Position numbers and translations under genes: made by a program. The notes under the pieces were generated by a model. The model saw nothing but the letters and a program-made list of their open reading frames with translations. It ran no database searches and was not told the origin of the DNA. Below are positions 1-12,200 of a stretch of 64,000 nt of DNA, in pieces. Each line of letters begins with the position of its first letter. The stretch's first letter is position 1. This stretch comes from Bdellovibrionota bacterium (GTDB lineage Bacteria > Bdellovibrionota > UBA1018 > CAIPTA01 > JAALKR01). Where the stretch lies: positions 439,973-503,972 of the forward strand of contig CBDBMJ010000003.1 in assembly GCA_965207455.1 (NCBI GenBank), given 5' to 3'.

Positions 1-1485
1 CCTCTCATTCGTCCCGTAAAAATTACTATTTCAGAAACATTCGAAAACAACAGAGAACACACAACAATTACTCGAGGACTACTCGCTCTGAAAAACGACG
101 ACAGGCCACGCCCAATGGTTGTGATAAAAACAGGGATTTTTTCCTCCACCTCGTCAGAAAAGGCTTTTTTACTTCCCATGTTTCTTATGCACCTCTTTGA
201 TGAAACTCCATTCAATGTGCTTTTACTCAACAGCGATACAGGAAATGAGTACCATATGGATAATAGGCGCCTGTCCATGGGAGGATTTAATGAGGGAAGA
301 CAAGTGGAGCAAGTGGCACGGTGGTTGCGAACCCCTCAATCAGGAGTAAGCGATCGTATTTCCAGTCTCCACTTAGTGGGGATGAGTAATGGAGGTCATG
401 CTGTTTTGTACGCAGCTGCCTACAGCGAACGGAAAGAGATGGGAGTGTTTGCAACAAACCCCATAGACAGTGTGATGGCCCTTTGTTCGGTCGTAAATCT
501 CCAAAGATCCATGGAATATGCTTTGCAACACTCCGGTTTTTTCATCTCCGGATATTTTCGCGCTCAAACAAAAAACTATTTGAGAAGAGCTGCCGGATAT
601 GTGCCGGGGCTTAGAGAGAGAATCGCGCGCAGTGGCGGTTTAGGTGGAGCTAGGAACCTCATCAATATTTCAATGGGACAGTTATTGAGCTACTACAAAA
701 CGCTTACTCCAGAATGGTACTTCTTCCCTTTTCAGAACGATCAAATTTCTCATACGAATAAGCTATGGAGTATAAACAATTTTATTGGAAAAAGCTCGCT
801 AGTGAAAGTTCCCACCCTCGTGTGGAGTTCTCAAAACGACAAAATCATTGAATACTTTAGGAATGCTGGACAACTAAAAACAGAGAGCCAAGAGCAGGAC
901 TCCAACATAGCTGTATTGGGAACAAGATACGGAAACCACTGCATGCATTTACCCGCCTTTGGTTGGGGCCTGACTAGCAGAATACTTAAATCCTATATAC
1001 TATCCCATAGCCCAGAGTTTTCCGTGGAAAAAAATACTATGCCCGTGAACTTCTCATCTTTGCCGTCATTAGTAGGAGGCGTAAAACATACTGTTCAGGA
1101 GTGGCGAGCTGCTAAAAACAGCTCGGGCCTAAAGCTAACTTTTTATACCACTAAGATGTCTGAATTCAGGGCTCTAGACGTAGAAGCACAAGCCAAGACC
1201 ATAGTGAAGCACTTTGAGGAGGAATTAGAATCCAATGTAGCGGTCAATGTAATGGTGAGTATGGACTACTCCTTTATCCGCGACAATCTTTATAAACCAT
1301 TGGCAACGATTGCTATTCCCTATACAAAACTACTCCCTCTTAACATTACAGTTCCAACTTCAGATGCAGAAGCCGAGTCTCTTACTCGATGGCTCAATAC
1401 AAACGTGGAACTCCTAACTTTGGATAAATTCCGATTGCACGACTCTTCTGAAAAACCCATGTATATTCGTTGGCAGACCCGATAA
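1..1485 (+). CDS. Alpha/beta-hydrolase fold protein, paralog 1 (5'-truncated by the window edge)
   Basis: Frame is open from base 1 (PLIRPVKITISETF..., matching paralogs 2 and 3). Nucleophile elbow GMSNGG; candidate Asp (SQND) and His (YGNHC). Confidence 0.75.
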   Translation, partial: PLIRPVKITISETFENNREHTTITRGLLALKNDDRPRPMVVIKTGIFSSTSSEKAFLLPMFLMHLFDETPFNVLLLNSDTGNEYHMDNRRLSMGGFNEGRQVEQVARWLRTPQSGVSDRISSLHLVGMSNGGHAVLYAAAYSERKEMGVFATNPIDSVMALCSVVNLQRSMEYALQHSGFFISGYFRAQTKNYLRRAAGYVPGLRERIARSGGLGGARNLINISMGQLLSYYKTLTPEWYFFPFQNDQISHTNKLWSINNFIGKSSLVKVPTLVWSSQNDKIIEYFRNAGQLKTESQEQDSNIAVLGTRYGNHCMHLPAFGWGLTSRILKSYILSHSPEFSVEKNTMPVNFSSLPSLVGGVKHTVQEWRAAKNSSGLKLTFYTTKMSEFRALDVEAQAKTIVKHFEEELESNVAVNVMVSMDYSFIRDNLYKPLATIAIPYTKLLPLNITVPTSDAEAESLTRWLNTNVELLTLDKFRLHDSSEKPMYIRWQTR

Positions 1486-1499
1486 AACCTATCTCAGCC

Positions 1500-3179
1500 A
1501 GGCCCCTTAGAGCCAAAAGAATCGTGGGCGGGAGTTCTATACCGAACGAACAATGGAGAGTGCCACAGGGGCTATGATGCTAAAAAAATTCAAAGTCTGG
1601 GGGGCAAGCCCCATCGCCAGGTCCAAGAAATGGAGAAATTTTTTAAGCAATGTAGTGGTATACACAGTAAATCAATAGCACTGATTCCCTCGCTCCCTTG
1701 ACAGAATACAGCATTTTTGCAGCTATGCGCTATAACTTCTTTAAAAATCCCCTCATTCGTCCCATAAAAATTACTATTTCGGAAACATTCAATAACAATG
1801 GAGGACACAAAGCGATTGTTCGCGGCCTACTCGCCTTAAAAGATGACAACAGGTCACGCCCACTTGTTGGTTTCATCTGATCGGGCTGCCCTGCTTCCCA
1901 TGTTTCTTATGCATTTTTTTGATGAAACTCCCTTCAACGTGCTTTTACTAAACAGCAGCACAGCACCTGAGTACTTTATAGATAACAGGCGCCTGTCCAT
2001 AGGAGGCTTTGAGGCGGGAAGGGAGTTAATACAAATTGTAGAGTGGCTACGAACTGCTCAATCGGGACTAAGTGACCGTATTTCCAGCCTCCACGTGGTG
2101 GGGCTAAGCAATGGAGGGCATGCTGCTTTGTATGCGGCTGCCTACAATGGATATAGAGAGGTTGGATCGTCTGATAAAAACCCTTTGGACAGCGTAACCG
2201 CCCTTTGTCCTGTTGTAGATCTTCGGATATCCTTGAAAAATTCTTTACGAGGTGGCGAAGTACCGGATTATCCTGATTCTAAGCTCTTTAGTTTTCAACG
2301 TGCTGACGATCTTGAAATAAGTCATTGGACCTCCATTTTTTTTCAGTTTGCAATACGCCAATATTTATATGGAGCCGCTAAATTTATACCAAACTTAGCG
2401 AAATCACTGAACGACTTTAACAAACTCCCTGAAAGAAAATATGTTGATGGGCTTTATATTAAACAGGCATTAAGTCAATATAAAAACCTGCCCACAGAGT
2501 GGTTCCTTTCCCCCCTTAAGAATGAAAAAATTTCCAATGTACGTGATCTATGGCGCGTGAATAATTTTGTTGGAAAAAGCTCGTCGGTAAAGGTGCCTAC
2601 TTTAGTATGGGGTTCTCAAAACGACTTTATTATTAAATACAGTAAAAATAGCGGAGCCTTGAAGGCGGAAAGCCAGAATTCCAACATCGCTGTATTGGGA
2701 ACAAGATATGGAAAACACTGTATGTACTCCACCGTTTTTGGCTGGAGCCTCACCAGCAGAATACTCAGATCCTATATACTATCCAATAGCCCAGAGTTTT
2801 TAGTAGAAGAACGTACCATGCCCTTAGATTTCTTGCCTATAGCGGATCTGAGAGAGGGCGAAAAATATTTTCTCAGAAGTGGCAAGCTAGTAAAGATGAG
2901 ATAGAGCTAGAATTTTATACCGCTGGGAAAGATTATTTTTCCAGCGGCCGGTCTCCCCATATCTTTCCTCCACCACCAAAAAAGCCTATACATCAGGGTT
3001 TACAACGACTATTTCTTACAAGGAACTATCACCGCTTGGAATTATACCCCCAACCCAGATGTGGAAGCACGGGCCCTCACTCGATGGCTCAAACAAATGT
3101 GGAGTTCCTAACCCAGGATAAACATCGATTGCATAACTCTTCTGAAAACCCCATGTATATTCGTTGGCAGACCCGGTAA
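1500..3179 (+). pseudogene. Alpha/beta-hydrolase paralog 2, fragmented
   Basis: Homologous segments are split across frames: GECHRGYDAKKIQ..., ORF 1698-1880, ORF 1843-2904 with GLSNGG, and the conserved C-terminus MYIRWQTR* ending at 3179. No signal peptide or start is visible. Confidence 0.7.
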
Positions 3180-3253
3180 ATTATTTCCCTATTATTTGAC
3201 AACGGCAGGAACTCAATGTATCGTGTCAAAAACTAAAGAAAGGGAACGTTTTT

Positions 3254-4962
3254 ATGATTATGGGTCGCTATATCTGGATTTTCTGCCTTCTGCTTCTTCC
3301 CACGAATACGCTACAAGCTGCAAGTATTTCCTTGGAATATACTCCCATCCCTACAGGGAAGAAAGAAAATCCATGGATCCCAACGGGTGCTTCCAGCAAA
3401 GTGGGAGAGTGCCACAGGGGCTATGCCCTTCCGAAAAAATTCAAGGTTTGGGGGGAGAGCCCCATCGCCAAGCCCAAGAAATGGAGAAATTTTTTGAGCA
3501 ATGTAGTGAGATACACCATAAATCTAGACACCATAGCCGCAGCCAGCAACATAATATCTATTATGGCCTCTTTGAAAATCCCCTCATTCGTTCCGTAAAA
3601 ATTACTATTTCGGAAACGTTCAGCGATAATAGTAAGCACAAAACAATTGTTCGCGGTCTACTTGCCTTGAAAGACGATAAAAAACCACGTCCACTTGTTA
3701 TAATAAAAGTGGGACTTTTTTCTTCCCTTTCGTCAACCCCCCCTCCCATACTTTTTTTCATGCACCTCTTTGATGAAGCTCCATTCAATGTGCTGTTACT
3801 CAATAGCGACACAGGAGACGAGTACTATATCGATAATAAGCGCCTGTCTCTAGGAGGGCTTGGCGAGGGAAGGCAGTTAATACAAATTGCCCAGTGGTTA
3901 CGGACTACCCAATCAGGATTAAGCAACCGTATTTCCAGTCTCCATATGCTGGGGATGAGTAATGGAGGGCACGCTGTCTTGTATGCGGCTGCCTACAATG
4001 GGCACAGCAAGGCTGGAGCATCGTCTAATAAAGGCCCCTTAGATAGTGTAACTGCCCTTTGTCCTATGATAAATTTTCAACGATCCACAGAATATATTCT
4101 GCGAGATGCTAGCGTATTCCTTTCCGCCTATTTTCGTCGCACGATGAAAAAATATTTAAACCGAGCTGCTCAGTATGTGCCAAGTCTTGAGGAAAGAATC
4201 CGTCTTGCCGGACGCTTAGATAGAGCTAAGGATATCATTGGCGTTTATACTGGACAGTTATTAGGTGAGTACAAAGGATTTTCTCCAGAATGGTACCTCC
4301 CTCCCTTTAAAGACGGCCAAATCTCCACAGCAAACCAACTATATAATGTAAATAATTTTATTGAAAAAAGCTCGTTAGTAAAGATCCCCACTCTAGTATG
4401 GAGCACTAAAAACGACTCTGTTATTGAGTATAGTAAAAATGCTGGACCCCTGAAAGCAAAAAACCAGAACTCCAAAGTTGCTGTACTAGGAACAAAATAT
4501 GGAAACCACTGCGAGTATTCTGCCAGATTTGGCTGGAGCCTCACCAGCAGAGTGCTCACATCCTATATACTATCCAATAGCCCGGAGTTTTCCGTAGAGA
4601 AAGGCCTTGCACCCATAGAACTAGATACACCAACTCTTCGAAAGGGCGAAAGGCACACCACTCAAGAGTGGTCCGCTAGTAAAAATTCTCCAGATCTACG
4701 GGTCACCTTTTATACCTACAGGAAGTTTAATTCTCCCTTTATTCCCTTTGGCAGTGGTGAAAAAGCCCATATATCACAATTCACTGTTACTGTTCCCTAC
4801 ACAAAGCTACTTCCCCTTGGTATTACAGTTCCAGCATCAGATGCGGAAGCGCAGTCTCTTACTCGATGGTTAAATATAAATGTGGAGCTACTAACCCAAG
4901 GTAAACTCCGGTTGCCTGGTTCTTCTGAAAGCCCCAAGTATATTCGTTGGCAGAGTCGATAA
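3254..4962 (+). CDS. Secreted alpha/beta-hydrolase paralog 3, with a frameshift near 3425-3432
   Basis: The signal peptide (MGRYIWIFCLLLLPTNTLQA) and GECHRGY lie in the 3254 frame. The continuation SEKIQGLGG...GMSNGG...YIRWQSR lies in the 3196 frame. Paralog 2 reads through this point in one frame. Confidence 0.65.
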
Positions 4963-4982
4963 AATCTATTCCTCCTCTGAGC

Positions 4983-5034
4983 AAAAAAAAATGCCGACTC
5001 GCTAGGGTTAGCAAATCGGCATTGATTGTTTTTA
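4983..5034. terminator. Probable bidirectional intrinsic terminator
   Basis: A-run, ATGCCGA...TCGGCAT inverted repeat, then T-rich tract, between convergent genes. Confidence 0.6.
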
Positions 5035-5049
5035 TATTATATCGAGATA

Positions 5050-5847
5050 TTAGAGATTCTTTTCAAGGTAGTTTTTAAGACCTTCTTCTATGTTCTCCAC
5101 GTCAGTGTTTTTGAAGTTGCCATTTTGAACTAGGTTTTTAGCACCAACACTTGCAGCAAGAGTGAAGTCGTTAGTGGCTACACCAGCTCCCAGAGCAGCG
5201 GCAAATTTTTGAATAGCGTTTTCACTAAACCCTAAAGATGCAAGAAATATTGTTGAATCCTGCTCTGTAAGGCTATTGTCGTCCATTTTCTGTTGGAAGT
5301 TATCTACGGCAATAGCGAGGTCTCTTGCGTCCTGTGTACTAAAGCCAATATTTTCCAGTCTGCCTGCACTTCGCAATAGCGACGCTTCTTGGTTGAAAGC
5401 TGCTGCTGTTGCAAGATCCTTCATATAAGTACCCCCTGCTACATTGGAGCGTAGGTTATATACAACACCACTGCGGTCAATGTAGGTGCTACCAGTTCGG
5501 CTAACGCGATACCTGTCAGCATTATCCCAAAACCTGAAAATATTTCCACCTTTTCTGTAGTCATCCAAGTCTACAGCAAAATACTCTTCACCAATGTGGT
5601 CGTAAATAACAACATAGTCATATTGATGTGTTTTTTCTTTTACTAGTTCCACTTCATATCGTGTGTCGCTATTCGTTCTTTTTACAAAATCCCTTGCCAA
5701 TTGGCTATGAGTATAGCAAGAGTGTCGATTACAGCTACCGCTGCCACCACCACCACCACAGGCACTTATTCCAATGACGAGAGCCAGCCCCAAAAGACCA
5801 AGCATTGTTTTTTTGTTGTATGTTTTCATTTTTAATTTCCCTTTCAT
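5050..5847 (-). CDS. Hypothetical lipoprotein
   Basis: Basic N-terminus, hydrophobic stretch, lipobox ISA-C, then a poly-Gly linker. Start may be 5829. Confidence 0.7.
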   Translation of the reverse strand: MKGKLKMKTYNKKTMLGLLGLALVIGISACGGGGGSGSCNRHSCYTHSQLARDFVKRTNSDTRYEVELVKEKTHQYDYVVIYDHIGEEYFAVDLDDYRKGGNIFRFWDNADRYRVSRTGSTYIDRSGVVYNLRSNVAGGTYMKDLATAAAFNQEASLLRSAGRLENIGFSTQDARDLAIAVDNFQQKMDDNSLTEQDSTIFLASLGFSENAIQKFAAALGAGVATNDFTLAASVGAKNLVQNGNFKNTDVENIEEGLKNYLEKNL

Positions 5848-5948
5848 TTGTTTAGTTTATTTATTGTTCCACATGTTAAACATGTATCGTCATGACTAAC
5901 GCAGCAGGCGACCCACGTCAACAAAAAAATGCCTAAATATTCATTTTT

Positions 5949-8900
5949 TTATCGAATAGGGAGGATTTTTAGTATTTTTTCTCGACCATACGCGCAATAA
6001 AAGACAAAAGCCATGCTTTTTTCCCATGCCGCCGTAACTAATGCGGAGCAGCTTTTTGGGATATGAAGATTAAACTTAGTAGGGAGATATAATTTTTTGT
6101 TTCTATCTATTGTTAAAAGGAATAGGTGTTTTTTCGTAATGGGGGAATAGTTCACTATAAGGGCTGGGCGCAGCGGTCTGCCCTTTCCTCCAAAAAAAGA
6201 TGGAGTAATCGTTGAATGGAAAAAAATGCCGGGTAAGAGAGAGGACTTCACCAAAGAAAAGCGGCTATAGACCGGTTCTCTTGAACCAGAGGCAGCCACA
6301 AGAACAAGTCCATCTGTTTCTTCAAAGAAGGTATAGGTTGACTCTTTAGAGGCGAATGAAACAAGAGAGGAATTAACGCTTCGAATTTGCATGTCTTCGA
6401 AGATCCTAAGGAGTGCACTACCTGGGCGCAAATTATAGTTGGAGTCCCATATAGAGGCAAAGGCTAGTGCTGGGCCTTGGATTTGGTACATTGCTAATGG
6501 CACGCCAGATTCAAAACTTCTATCCGTAAATTCAAAAACAGGTCTACCGAAAGATGCGTAAGAGCATAAATCAGGGGAGACGGCCTTGATGTTCTCTGCC
6601 TTTCGGTTTAGCAGATCATAATAGCTTACGCTCAGTACATAGCAATCGCCATTACTAACTTTAAATAATAGTTCCGTAGTTCCCGTATAAAAATGTTTGT
6701 TGGATTGTGGGAGTATTTGTAGAATGGTACCGTTTTTATGAAAATCTAGATTTAATTTTTTATCAATATGCTGTTTAAATAAGAAATTTTCAAAAGCATA
6801 AAAATTCATCCATCCATGTTTAGTGGGATGGAAGTCTGCATAATAAACTCGCATTTGAGGTGATTCGGGATTTTCAGTGGAGAAAATAGAAGAATCCTTA
6901 TCTGATTCTACTAGTGACCCGTTTGCATAAAATACGGGAAAAGCAACTTGCTTGCCATTCTTTAATTCTTTTTTATAAAAAGAAGAAATTTCGCCAGGGT
7001 ATTCCATCCCAAATGGTAATTGATAGGTTTGCTGATCCAGTAGAGGTGAGAAATCATGCTTTACGAAACTGTATTGTACTATGACTTTTGGTTTTTTTTG
7101 ATCTTTAACCTTTGTTTCATAAGAGGAAATTATGAGGTAATCGAGCTCACTGTCATAGTTTAAATCTATGCGGATAGTTCTAATGAGGTTAGATGCGCCA
7201 GAAACCTCAATGATACCAGCCTTTTTTATTCCATGATCCATCGATCGAAAAACATGAAGCTCTAAATATTTTCTATCCTCTCTCAGAGGACTTAGAAACA
7301 TATATTCAGGTTTAGTGTGAATATTTTCTGAATGAGTGCTAATAGTTATTGGCGTTATGTTTTTTATGTCTTCTCTTGCTTCCCAACCAACTGGGAATAT
7401 AAATGGAAGGGAAATGAGGCCTGCATCTTTTTCAATGTTTCGAGATATATTTATTCGATGGATGAAATTCCCTTGAAATACATCGTTTGCCCAGACGGAA
7501 AGCTCAAAAGAAAAATGGCTCTCTCTTCCAATTTTTCTGATATCTACAGAAACAGGAAAAGTTTCCAGGGCTTCCGGATGTGAAAAATTAAATTCTTTTT
7601 GAGCGAATGTGTAGTTAGGTGTATTGCTTTTTAGCTTCACTCGAATATTTTTTGTTTTTTTCCATAGGCTTTTAATTTTTATATTTAATGGAGAAGTTTC
7701 TACCAAGTGATCATCTTTCATAAAAAAGACTAATGTGTTTAGCCCTTTAAAATCTGGGCGAACCACTGTTTGTTCTTTTGCCGTTACAGCGTGCCATATT
7801 CTTGGCGTTCCATCCAATATGGGCCTGTTCTTGTTCACCAGTCTATTGGCTGAGACAATTAAGCGAGCCTGTAGTTCATCGGGAGAAATATCTGGATAAA
7901 TACTTATGAGCGTGGCTGCCATGCCGGAAACAATAGCCGTAGATTGAGAGGTTCCAGACAGGCTATTATAGTTTCTCTGTGTTTTGAAAAATCTAGGACT
8001 GCGGGAGTGCTCTGGATAGGTACTTAAAATCTCCACACCAGGGGCAGTTAAATCCACATGCCCGCCGTAGTTGGAAAATTTGGCAATAGCGCCTGTTATA
8101 GATGTGGCTCCCACACAAATCACACCGTTGTATGCACAGGGGAGTATTTGGGTATCATGGGCGCTGTTGCCAGCGGCTGCCACAACAATAATGCCCTTCT
8201 TGATTACTTCTGCAAAGGCTTTTCGTAGAGTCTCGGTTTCCAATACAGAGGGCCATCCAAAACTGAGATTAATTACATCCACATTACGATGAATGGCATA
8301 GTACATGGCTTGAATAAATCGGCTGGTGAGTAGTACTTTTGGCTCGCTTTTTTCTTTGCTCGAAGAGGGTTTTGGTTCAAATACCTTAATGGGAAGTATT
8401 TTAATTTTGTTTGAAATTCCAGCCATACCCTCACCGTTGTTTGTTTGGGCAGCAATAATACCGGCGAGATGAGTTCCGTGCCCTTCATTGTCGAAAACTT
8501 TATTTTTTCTCTGGTTGTTTTTAGTAACAAAGTTCCAGCCCATGCAATCACCTGGATAGTCTTTTCCATATTTTTTTGGGTCGGGTTTGGTGGGAATATT
8601 TCCATCGCGAGTGCATTCTTTCTTATTTTTCAGGATCGACCCTTTTAGATCAGGATGATTCACATCTACTCCACCATCGACAACAGCAACAACAACATCT
8701 CTTTTGCTAAGTGCCTCCAATTTTTCTCTTTGCTTCCACCAATCATTTAGGTCTGGACCAAAAGATATGCCCACATCCTCTGGATTTTCACACGTCTTGC
8801 TGTCCGTTTTTTTGCATGTTTCTGTATAAAAATTAATGTCGTTAATATCTCGATTAAGTGTTTGACCTATATTTTTCAGATACCACTGGTAACGAAAGAA

Positions 8901-9251
8901 AGGATCGGATATGGGATACTTCACCCCCTCTACAGGATTGATGGTAGAAAACGTTACGGGCAATTCTATATCTGGGGTTACAAGTTCTATCTTGTCTAGA
9001 CTTTTGAACTTATTTATAGAATTTTTATGGTTAGGACTTAAATGAAGCAACGCTATTCGACTAAAATAGGGATGATCGGGGTCATGAGGAAATAGTTTTT
9101 CTATGCTTTTAACAAATGGAAGCGATTGGATTTCTAAGAGAGTTTTCTCTGATGGGTTAGAATTAAATAAAACAATATAACCTGGATTTGTGGATGCCAC
9201 ACTTAATTGAATTTGGCAGAAGAAGATAACTATAAAAACAATTCTTATCAT
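5949..9251 (-). CDS. Secreted S8 (subtilisin-like) serine peptidase with a long C-terminal extension
   Basis: Signal peptide; catalytic motifs VAVVDGG, GHGTHLAG, AAAGN and SGTSQS. Confidence 0.9.
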   Translation of the reverse strand: MIRIVFIVIFFCQIQLSVASTNPGYIVLFNSNPSEKTLLEIQSLPFVKSIEKLFPHDPDHPYFSRIALLHLSPNHKNSINKFKSLDKIELVTPDIELPVTFSTINPVEGVKYPISDPFFRYQWYLKNIGQTLNRDINDINFYTETCKKTDSKTCENPEDVGISFGPDLNDWWKQREKLEALSKRDVVVAVVDGGVDVNHPDLKGSILKNKKECTRDGNIPTKPDPKKYGKDYPGDCMGWNFVTKNNQRKNKVFDNEGHGTHLAGIIAAQTNNGEGMAGISNKIKILPIKVFEPKPSSSKEKSEPKVLLTSRFIQAMYYAIHRNVDVINLSFGWPSVLETETLRKAFAEVIKKGIIVVAAAGNSAHDTQILPCAYNGVICVGATSITGAIAKFSNYGGHVDLTAPGVEILSTYPEHSRSPRFFKTQRNYNSLSGTSQSTAIVSGMAATLISIYPDISPDELQARLIVSANRLVNKNRPILDGTPRIWHAVTAKEQTVVRPDFKGLNTLVFFMKDDHLVETSPLNIKIKSLWKKTKNIRVKLKSNTPNYTFAQKEFNFSHPEALETFPVSVDIRKIGRESHFSFELSVWANDVFQGNFIHRINISRNIEKDAGLISLPFIFPVGWEAREDIKNITPITISTHSENIHTKPEYMFLSPLREDRKYLELHVFRSMDHGIKKAGIIEVSGASNLIRTIRIDLNYDSELDYLIISSYETKVKDQKKPKVIVQYSFVKHDFSPLLDQQTYQLPFGMEYPGEISSFYKKELKNGKQVAFPVFYANGSLVESDKDSSIFSTENPESPQMRVYYADFHPTKHGWMNFYAFENFLFKQHIDKKLNLDFHKNGTILQILPQSNKHFYTGTTELLFKVSNGDCYVLSVSYYDLLNRKAENIKAVSPDLCSYASFGRPVFEFTDRSFESGVPLAMYQIQGPALAFASIWDSNYNLRPGSALLRIFEDMQIRSVNSSLVSFASKESTYTFFEETDGLVLVAASGSREPVYSRFSLVKSSLLPGIFFHSTITPSFFGGKGRPLRPALIVNYSPITKKHLFLLTIDRNKKLYLPTKFNLHIPKSCSALVTAAWEKSMAFVFYCAYGREKILKILPIR

Positions 9252-12200
9252 TTATAAAAAATCCAATAACCAAAGAGCAAAAAATTCTCCGTAAGACATT
9301 TCTGATATTCCCAATAAAAAGTCGGTAGGCCCTCGAACCATCTTGGAAGAAACACGACCCCTAGAATTGCCGAGAATAGTGTGCTTACGGGTATTATACT
9401 CCTCTCCTTCTCGAAAACCTGTGATTACAGATTGAACATAAAGGTTTTCCATGCCTCCTGCAAAAACAGCAAGTCCATCTAGTCTCATGTGTCCTGATAA
9501 GAAATCAATTGCCCTGATAGCGTAATTGCTGGCAGCTTCAAAGTCTCCAGACAATATGCTGTGGTGGTATTTCCTTTGCATTATTCGAAAACTCTCTGCT
9601 GGTCTTATTCCTCTACCTTTTCCTGCAATCATGTTGCCAGCAGGATTTGGATTACAAACATATTGAATGTTGTTCCAGCAGTTCTTATGAGCCTTGAATA
9701 GTCGCTGCGTATCTAGCCAAGAAGTATTCATGATATTATGGATAGCTTTTTCATAAAGATTCACCTCCACAACAAAACTGTATAGTTGCATAGCACTCAC
9801 ATCGTTGAATTTTTTCGGATCAAAAACAGTATAGCCAAATTGCTTATTAATTTCTTTAATTCTCCTTAATATATTTTCTTTATCTATCTCCCATCCTCTC
9901 CAGCGGTGCTCCAGCCTAACATAGGGTAAAATACTCTCACCACTTTGTTCCTCATCAATGATTGCTTCCAGAATACTTTGGTGGGCTTCTGATCTTCCAT
10001 AAAAAGTATTCCCTGGGTCGCTATTATTTTGGATTTTCAACGAAATATCTGACTTCAGCCATTCATTTAAGAGACTGGTAGCTGTATTGAGCACTAGTGT
10101 GGTGGGGTCTTTACCCACACGACCCCCCATATTTGCTCGTATAATCTTCCCTTTTTTACCGTCAGGTTTTTCCACGTTTATTACGGATTGGCTCTTTAAT
10201 CTTTTAGAAGTGATATGTAAAAGATTAAAAGTATTTACTTTTTCAGATAGTTTGTGTCGAATTTTCCATGGATTTTGCCAAGTACGAAGCAATTCTAAAG
10301 ATCCGCCAAAAAGAGCGGATCGTAGAGCATGGATATTGTCCATAATCTTTTCATTCTTCTCCATATCTGGATCAATATTTAATTTATAGTGGTCTATGGA
10401 GGCGCTTCCATGGACCATGTTTCTAAAACTAATTTGAAGAATACTTACATCAAGAAGATTAATACCAAAACCAAAACTGAATCGTAGGGCGTTTCCGAAA
10501 TCATCGTAAATATGAATGGATTCTTTATTTTCTTTATAAATATGGAAGCGGGAAATAATGGTCTCTGTGGCTCGTATCTCCCCATAGATCCTAAGCAATT
10601 CCCCCGGGGTCAATGAAGCGTTTAATCGGCCATAAGCCCCGAAACGGTTGGAAACAATAAAAGATTCTCCGTTCTCCATGTTTTCATGAAAAATAGACAT
10701 CACCTCCTTGATTTTCTTTTGTTTTTCCTCAATATCTATTTCGCTAAAATCTCCATCAAGGAGCTCGTCAAATAGTGCAGAATATTTGTTTTGAATCATG
10801 GGCACCAAAAGATTTTTAAAAGGAGTTTCCAGGGATTTCTTAATGCTCTGAACAGGAGTCAAATGGGTATATACCCTAGAATAAAATGCATTTGCGCCAG
10901 CACTGAAACTCGTATCTTTCGGTAAATCCCCATAGGATCCTATGAAAACTCCAGCTTCTAGAGCAAAGCCAATGGAATCAGCTAGCTGAATACGATTGTT
11001 TGTGCCTAAATATTGTCCCACTACTATATTCCTAGAAGCAATGATATTGGCAGAATAATTAAAGGCAGACCAAGTGCCGAAAGGAACCTCTTTAACCTGT
11101 CCTGTTTTAAAATTTTCAACTAAGGTGTCTAAAGTTTTATTATAGGCAGCCTCTTGACCTTTTGATAAAACATCTGCGATGGGTAGGGATTCATTTATTT
11201 CTGTCACAAGTGAAGAAAGGACATTGCTAATAAATTCTGATTTAAAATAAGCTTTAACTTCACTTCTGGATAGGGGAGAGTCGGGGTCGCCAAAAGCAAA
11301 TCGGCTAGCATACCCAGGCCAATTCTCCTTCAGTAATTTCCCCTTTTTTAAGTCTTTTCCTAAGCTGATTTTAGGGAAGAAAGGTATATACTCTTGTTTT
11401 ACAGAAGATTGGAGCTCTAATTTTTTCACAAGATCGTTACGCCGAGAGATAAGCTTTTCCACCAGAACAGCACTTACTGCTTTAGGAAAATAAGCCTCTT
11501 GAACAATTTCTTCAAAATCTTTTCTTGTGAGCGCAGCAACTCTTCGAGCCATCCAATGAATATCAGCTAAGTCTGGTTTGAGATTACTCGCCTCTAAATA
11601 GGGCAAATGCAAATGAGCATCCACAATTCTCCCTAAATTCCAAGAAAAAATATTCACACTTTCTGGGACGTCAGTAAGTGCATAGGGCACCTTAAGGGAG
11701 CGAAAAATTCTTCGTCCCTGGTCCATTCTGGGAGGTGTAATTCCTAGAGCAAGATTATATTGCGGTTCCTTAGCTATAATAATTGCATCTTGCATTTCCA
11801 AATAAGTGGCATCATCTTTTGCTTTCCAATAAAATGTATCCTCTCCCGAAGCTACATTTTTGGTTACACCCTGTTCAATATTTTTAATCCAACGCTTTGG
11901 ATCTCCCACCGTATCCTGAGGTATTTTTCTTCCTATATAGTCGGTCAGTTGAAAACGGTGATCTGTAAAATCCAAACGAAAGGATTTCAAGTAGCCTATG
12001 GGAGGAACACTATAGCCTAGCTTTTTTAAAATCGCTGCTCGAAGCAAAATATTGTGAACCCTTTTACCTAAGAAAACAGTAAATATTTTTTCTGAACCAT
12101 CCGGTTGACGTTGCTTTACGGAGAGCTGATGGAGGTCAGGGGGGTTAGGCGTGGCAGTATCTAAATAGGCGAACGTTTCTCCTGTTTGCCTCACATCCAG

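Noticed and set aside
3196..3430. ORF-track N-terminus (MTTAGTQC...) of hydrolase 3
   Set aside because: The signal peptide and the homology to paralog 2 lie in another frame.
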